DNA from: Tubiluchus corallicola
Lineage: Eukaryota > Animalia > Priapulida
DNA length: 64,000 nucleotides
Assembly (NCBI GenBank): GCA_030141605.1
Contig: JAQGDQ010002400.1
Coordinates: 1-64,000 of the forward strand
Direction: 5' to 3'
This document shows positions 59,395 through 64,000 of the stretch, one piece after another. Below the pieces are notes generated by a model that was given only the letters and a program-made list of their open reading frames with translations, did no database searches and had not been told where the DNA came from. The position numbers and the translations under genes are program-made. Each line of letters begins with the position of its first letter. Within the stretch, counting starts at the first letter, position 1.

Positions 59395-61443
59395 CTATAA
59401 CAAGCCACAATTTCCACCGTAGGAAACTGACATTTTACATGAAGATAATCATTCCGCCGACCGTAATGGACTCCGATTTTCCAAAAAAACCAATTCCATC
59501 ATAACGGTAAATGCTTTCCTTGTTTTTTATGGAAACCAAAACTTTATAACAAATTAACAAGTAACACATTATGCCTCTATTCTACTTCATTTAAAACCAT
59601 TGTGTTTCTACGCTTTAACTAGTTGTAAAGCTTCTGCAACTTTCATACTGAATTATAATGTGTAAATACGTAAATAAACCTCGCTTGTTGCTTTAAAAGC
59701 TGGTGCATTCTTGAAAGATGAATACATGAATGAATGCAAAACTTAGAACTGACCTACACGTGTATAATTTTTGCTGTAAAATAAATTACTTGAATTAGGT
59801 CAGGAAAACACCTGAAAGAAACATTGTAACATTGACGACTAGAGGCTTTTTGTGTTATTAAATTTGTTTATTCTTGCACTCTTTTTTCCCTCGTGACTAT
59901 TGCGTCATGGTTTTTGTAATCGTGTCTTTAACCCTCGTAAAAGTCACGGTCTTTTCTCAGGGGTGTGTGAAGCGTGTCGCCTTCTGATTGGCTGAGCGAA
60001 ATAGTTATGATGCAGCTGATGTTGCTGACTACTGATAAGCCGGTTTCGAGGGTCTCAAAAAACCTGTAAGTTTTTTGCATGTTTAAGTATCAAATTACTG
60101 GTTTGCATGTCAACGCATCATTTGCGAGGCCTAGGAAATTCAACTGTGCAAAATTTCTCAAAAATATTGCCTGTAGCGTTCAACCATCATGTTATTTTGA
60201 TCCATTTGACTTGGAAACACCCAAGGAATTTCACAAATGTGCTTGCTCATTAGAAGCCCAAACCGCGTATCGAAAATGCTTGTTGGTCTCTTTTAATAAG
60301 ATAGAAAAACTCAAAAGTCAGCAGCCAGAAGTAACTAGTATCTGTGGATGGCAAGCTGATTATTGTATTAATCATTCTATAATATAAATCCCCCTGCTAA
60401 GAAAAATGGCACCAACAACCATAATTAATGTTAATGCGTCATAAGAAAGTGTGACGCAATAGACGGTACGTACATGCAGGCATTGCAGCTTTTTATTTAA
60501 ACGGCCAAAATATCTTGTGTAGTTTAATAATTACAGTGAAGTCAACTGAAACTAAAAAGTAATATGTGAAGTCATCATCAGATGCTAAGAATACTGTAGC
60601 TTAGGACCTTGCGATCTGGACGAATCTCATAAGGTTGATTCTCCTTTTGTCTTGAAATTTAATAATTCTATATAAATTAGGCTAATTATATAGCTTTTTT
60701 TGGACACACAGTTAGAACGTTTTCAATCGGCACTTATGCGGGGTCCTCTAAGTGTAATTTTTTACCGCTCCATACCTGTAAAAGCCCCACTAACTTTCTG
60801 TATTATAATGCTGTAGAGGTTCATTACGTCACACGTGACTCATTATGTATCAAGGCACCATTATGTAACAAAAATACTACATTATACAACAAATCTCATA
60901 ATTCGTCAACATGAAACAATCGTTAAGTAAGTTTTTGCATCATTCATTATGCAATAATCATTAATAAACCGAAATCTAGACCACTTGGCCACCCAACACA
61001 GAACAAGATAATGTAGAGTTGATTGTGGTCTGTGATTGGATCTTATCACAGTCTGGATAACAGTGCAGTTTCTGTTCTAGATTTGAGTTTGCTTCCGCCT
61101 TGATCTGGTCTGGCCGATGGCAGGTCTGGCCGAAGTGCGATCGATTACAGCTAAATGAATTACGTAGTTAAAATAATTAAACAACAATTAAAGTACATAC
61201 AGACTTTGATCAGCCATACGTTTGTTTGTTGCATAATGATTGTTATATAACGACGCAAAGGTGTTACATTATGACTGTGACACAAAGACGTAAAATTTGC
61301 AACATAACGACGAATTTTGTGATTTGTTACATAATGTACAGTATATCTGACGCTTTTGTTAAGTCGAAATAACAATTACAAATTGCTGTGCAAACATTTA
61401 TGCTTAAGACGCCTGCTGATTTTGCGCAGTAGTTCTTTTTATT

Positions 61444-61676
61444 GTACGTTCAGACTAGATAGTTCTCTCGGAAGTTCTTTCGCAAGTTCTCTCTGAGAGT
61501 AAACTCGCAAACGTGAACGGCTTTGCAAGTTCTTGCGCAAGAACTCTCAGCAACTCTCACTGAGTTTACAATAATTTGCGAGAGAACGTGCACGGCTGTT
61601 CACACTTACGAGTTTGATCTCAGAGAGAACTTGTGCAAGAACTTGCGAAAGAAAGCTGTCTAGTTTGAATGCGCCA
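61444..61676. mobile_element. Palindromic (foldback) MITE, PIF/Harbinger-like
   Basis: CGTTCAGACTAGATAG...CAAGTTCTCTCTGAGA...AAACTCG..GTGAAC is mirrored by GTTCAC..CGAGTTT..TCTCAGAGAGAACTTG...CTGTCTAGTTTGAATGCG. Confidence 0.7.
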
Positions 61677-61963
61677 CTAGGTTTTCGTCTGATTTGACTA
61701 AAAGAAATGGCAAATTTTTAGTTAATTTGTACTAATCTGAAGCATTTCGCTTTGTTTGTTAAAAATATAAAAATGTAAAGTGTATATTCTTATGCGACAC
61801 TCTCTATGCGTCTTTTGACAGTTTCGAGAGAATGAATACTAAGGACGTTCTCAACCACTTGAAATCTATCAATTCCATAATTCTTTCAAATTTTGTTAAG
61901 ATCTACACGGAAGTTCCAGGTCATGGAAAATAATGACGAGGTGGGGACAATCATAAACACTAG

Positions 61964-63466
61964 TTACGTTAAGAATTTTCGCCATTGCTTTAATCTAAAT
62001 CGTATGGCTGCTATAAGTTTTTCTTTGTATTTTATTGCAGCCGGTATGAATTCACGTGACCGATTACTGGTTTTAAAACAGTCCTTAGCTGACACTCTAT
62101 AATGATGCAGTTTGGCAATTGTAAAATTAAGCATTTTACATCGTTTACAAGCGCCAGCTGGCTCAATCACCTTATGAGTTCCAACTTCTACGACATTTTC
62201 CGGTACCACCATCGGCTTGTAGTGCCATTCCTTATCTTCATAGACAGCACCGTGTACGTTCTGTACCGTTACAAGTTGTTTTTCTATTGCAGATCTACTT
62301 CTACTTCGTTTAGCATCCAACATGTCGTCAAGGCTTCGACGTCTATGGCAGTTACTCATTTTAAACCATTTAAACATGATGGTGGAATAACTTTTCGGTT
62401 GTAAGTTCAAGTTCGTTTCCGCAGCCTTTATAATGTCAGGCCATAAATGGTAGGCAGGCGATAGAAGTATTTCGTCCCAGTCTATAAACAGCATGTATTT
62501 TGCTTTGTTCATATAGCGATATAAACAGTCATTTTTTGTTGAGTGATCCGAGGGCGACTTGCCTCCTTCCACCTTCCAGAACCCGCCTTCTGGAGAGCGA
62601 AGACCCGTTGGGTATGGCGAAGCCCGCAAATAGAGCGGCCATTGAATTATTTGCAGGAATTCTGTCCCATCATTGGCGTAGCCATGCAACACTCTGTCTA
62701 CGTTTTTAGAGTGTTTACTTCCATTGTATATCACAACTCTTTCAGCGCCCAAAATTTTATACATTTCGAATGCTTCGACCAGTCTCATCCAATCAGAGAA
62801 TAGCTCGTCTCCTGGCATAGTTATATATTTCAAACAAACCACAAATTCCAACTTTTCCCTCACGTCTTTCCACGTGTTGTGCACGTGAAGCTCATTTTGA
62901 ATCACATTTTCTTCTTTTGTTGTGACAGAAACCTTTTCTGGCACGTTTGTTGAGTCGCTGACATTGCAGTAGATGAACACTGGGATATACTCAACGTGAA
63001 TGCTATTTATTACCTTGCCTCCAAATTGGCCCAAAACTACTTTGTTGCTACCATTTCCGTACGTAAAGTTACAGTAAATAGACTGTTGGAAGCTGCTTTT
63101 CCGCGTAAGTGCTATTATCCTGACCACAGCCTTGTTTGATTTGACAGTAGTGTTGTAAGCCATAGCCTTGCTTAATTTACCAGCAGTGGCATTGGCAGCC
63201 ATACAGCTTGACTTCAACTGTGTTCTTGCGTCGTAAAATGCGGCAAATATGGCGGTTCCCTGTTTTCTGCTTACCATTTGCCAGGTTTCTTGAAATTCTG
63301 CATCTGCACTCTTTGCATTAGTTTTAAGCGAAGAGCTGAATAATCTAAGTTGTGATGTAGACAAAATCCTGGCAATTTTCCTTGGATAATAAGTTACGTA
63401 CGTTTGTTGCAACAATACACAAATAATAAACAAAACAACAAGGTGACCTACATACTTTGCTGTCAT
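61964..63466 (-). CDS. Glycosyltransferase family 92 / DUF23 type II membrane protein (beta-1,4-galactosyltransferase GALT-1-like), single exon, 500 aa
   Basis: N-terminal signal-anchor followed by AAFYDAR, VVCLK, LVEAFEMYKILGAERVVIYN, NDCLYRYM...FIDWDEIL (DxD), KPMVVPE..VGTH and LHHYR, the motif order typical of GT92. Confidence 0.85.
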   Translation of the reverse strand: MTAKYVGHLVVLFIICVLLQQTYVTYYPRKIARILSTSQLRLFSSSLKTNAKSADAEFQETWQMVSRKQGTAIFAAFYDARTQLKSSCMAANATAGKLSKAMAYNTTVKSNKAVVRIIALTRKSSFQQSIYCNFTYGNGSNKVVLGQFGGKVINSIHVEYIPVFIYCNVSDSTNVPEKVSVTTKEENVIQNELHVHNTWKDVREKLEFVVCLKYITMPGDELFSDWMRLVEAFEMYKILGAERVVIYNGSKHSKNVDRVLHGYANDGTEFLQIIQWPLYLRASPYPTGLRSPEGGFWKVEGGKSPSDHSTKNDCLYRYMNKAKYMLFIDWDEILLSPAYHLWPDIIKAAETNLNLQPKSYSTIMFKWFKMSNCHRRRSLDDMLDAKRSRSRSAIEKQLVTVQNVHGAVYEDKEWHYKPMVVPENVVEVGTHKVIEPAGACKRCKMLNFTIAKLHHYRVSAKDCFKTSNRSREFIPAAIKYKEKLIAAIRFRLKQWRKFLT

Positions 63467-64000
63467 TGCCGAACGGCTGCCAATGAACTACTACAGTACT
63501 TAAACTGTAAACGGGTGCCGTTATTTCTATGGTAACTTCGCTCCATGGTTTTTCAAAAAAATGACGTAAAACAATAAACTATTAGCCTTCTTGATACTTT
63601 AGTAGTGTGTCAGTTCATTGGTTGTAGCAGCAGGCCGGCTCTAGGTAGTTTGACATCCTGAGCAACGTATTTCAGCGCTCCCTCCTCAACGGTTCAATCC
63701 CTTTGCTCACGGTTCCTAGTTTGCCTCAATATTGAGCTTTTTCTTGTGTAATATTATAATAGAGTAAAATCGTACCTGTGTGTTAGGTTTACACATGTAT
63801 TACAATGTACTAATTAAGAGTAGTCAATTACCTTTCTACAGTTGATCAAGCTTGAAATTGAATTTATCACTGCTTGAATTTAAAATTGGATTTACGACCC
63901 CCAATGTCCTCCATGTGAGTCGCCAGCTTTTTTATCTTCCGTTTCCTATATCCATATTTGATTCTTATAAGCTTGTCTGCCGTAATTGGAAAAATGATAC

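Overview
AT-rich eukaryotic DNA from an intron-rich animal genome, most likely an invertebrate (GT-AG introns, microsatellites, many TEs); nothing here looks prokaryotic. Five host genes can be assembled by hand: (1) an SLC13/INDY-type Na+-carboxylate/sulfate transporter (minus strand, 14 exons from 24348 down to 1364, 3' end not in the window); (2) a LYPLAL1-like esterase with an intronless CDS (minus), head-to-head with (3) a complete 13-exon CNDP2 dipeptidase (plus) that has an unusual C-terminal extension ending in -RTKL; (4) a 3-exon GTP-dependent PEPCK (minus); and (5) a single-exon GT92/DUF23 glycosyltransferase (minus). CNDP2 intron 5 carries a very young, internally deleted Gmr1-like Ty3/Gypsy LTR element: identical 245-bp LTRs, CGTG TSD, tRNA-Pro PBS, and a Gag(SCAN-like)-protease-partial integrase ORF joined to an RNase H remnant, with no RT. 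Introns and spacers hold hAT-, Tc1/mariner-, Harbinger- and Helitron-type non-autonomous elements, CR1/L2 LINE fragments, a tRNA-like SINE family, a two-unit higher-order minisatellite and a possible Polinton/adintovirus capsid relic near the window start. All calls are by eye, with no database searches.
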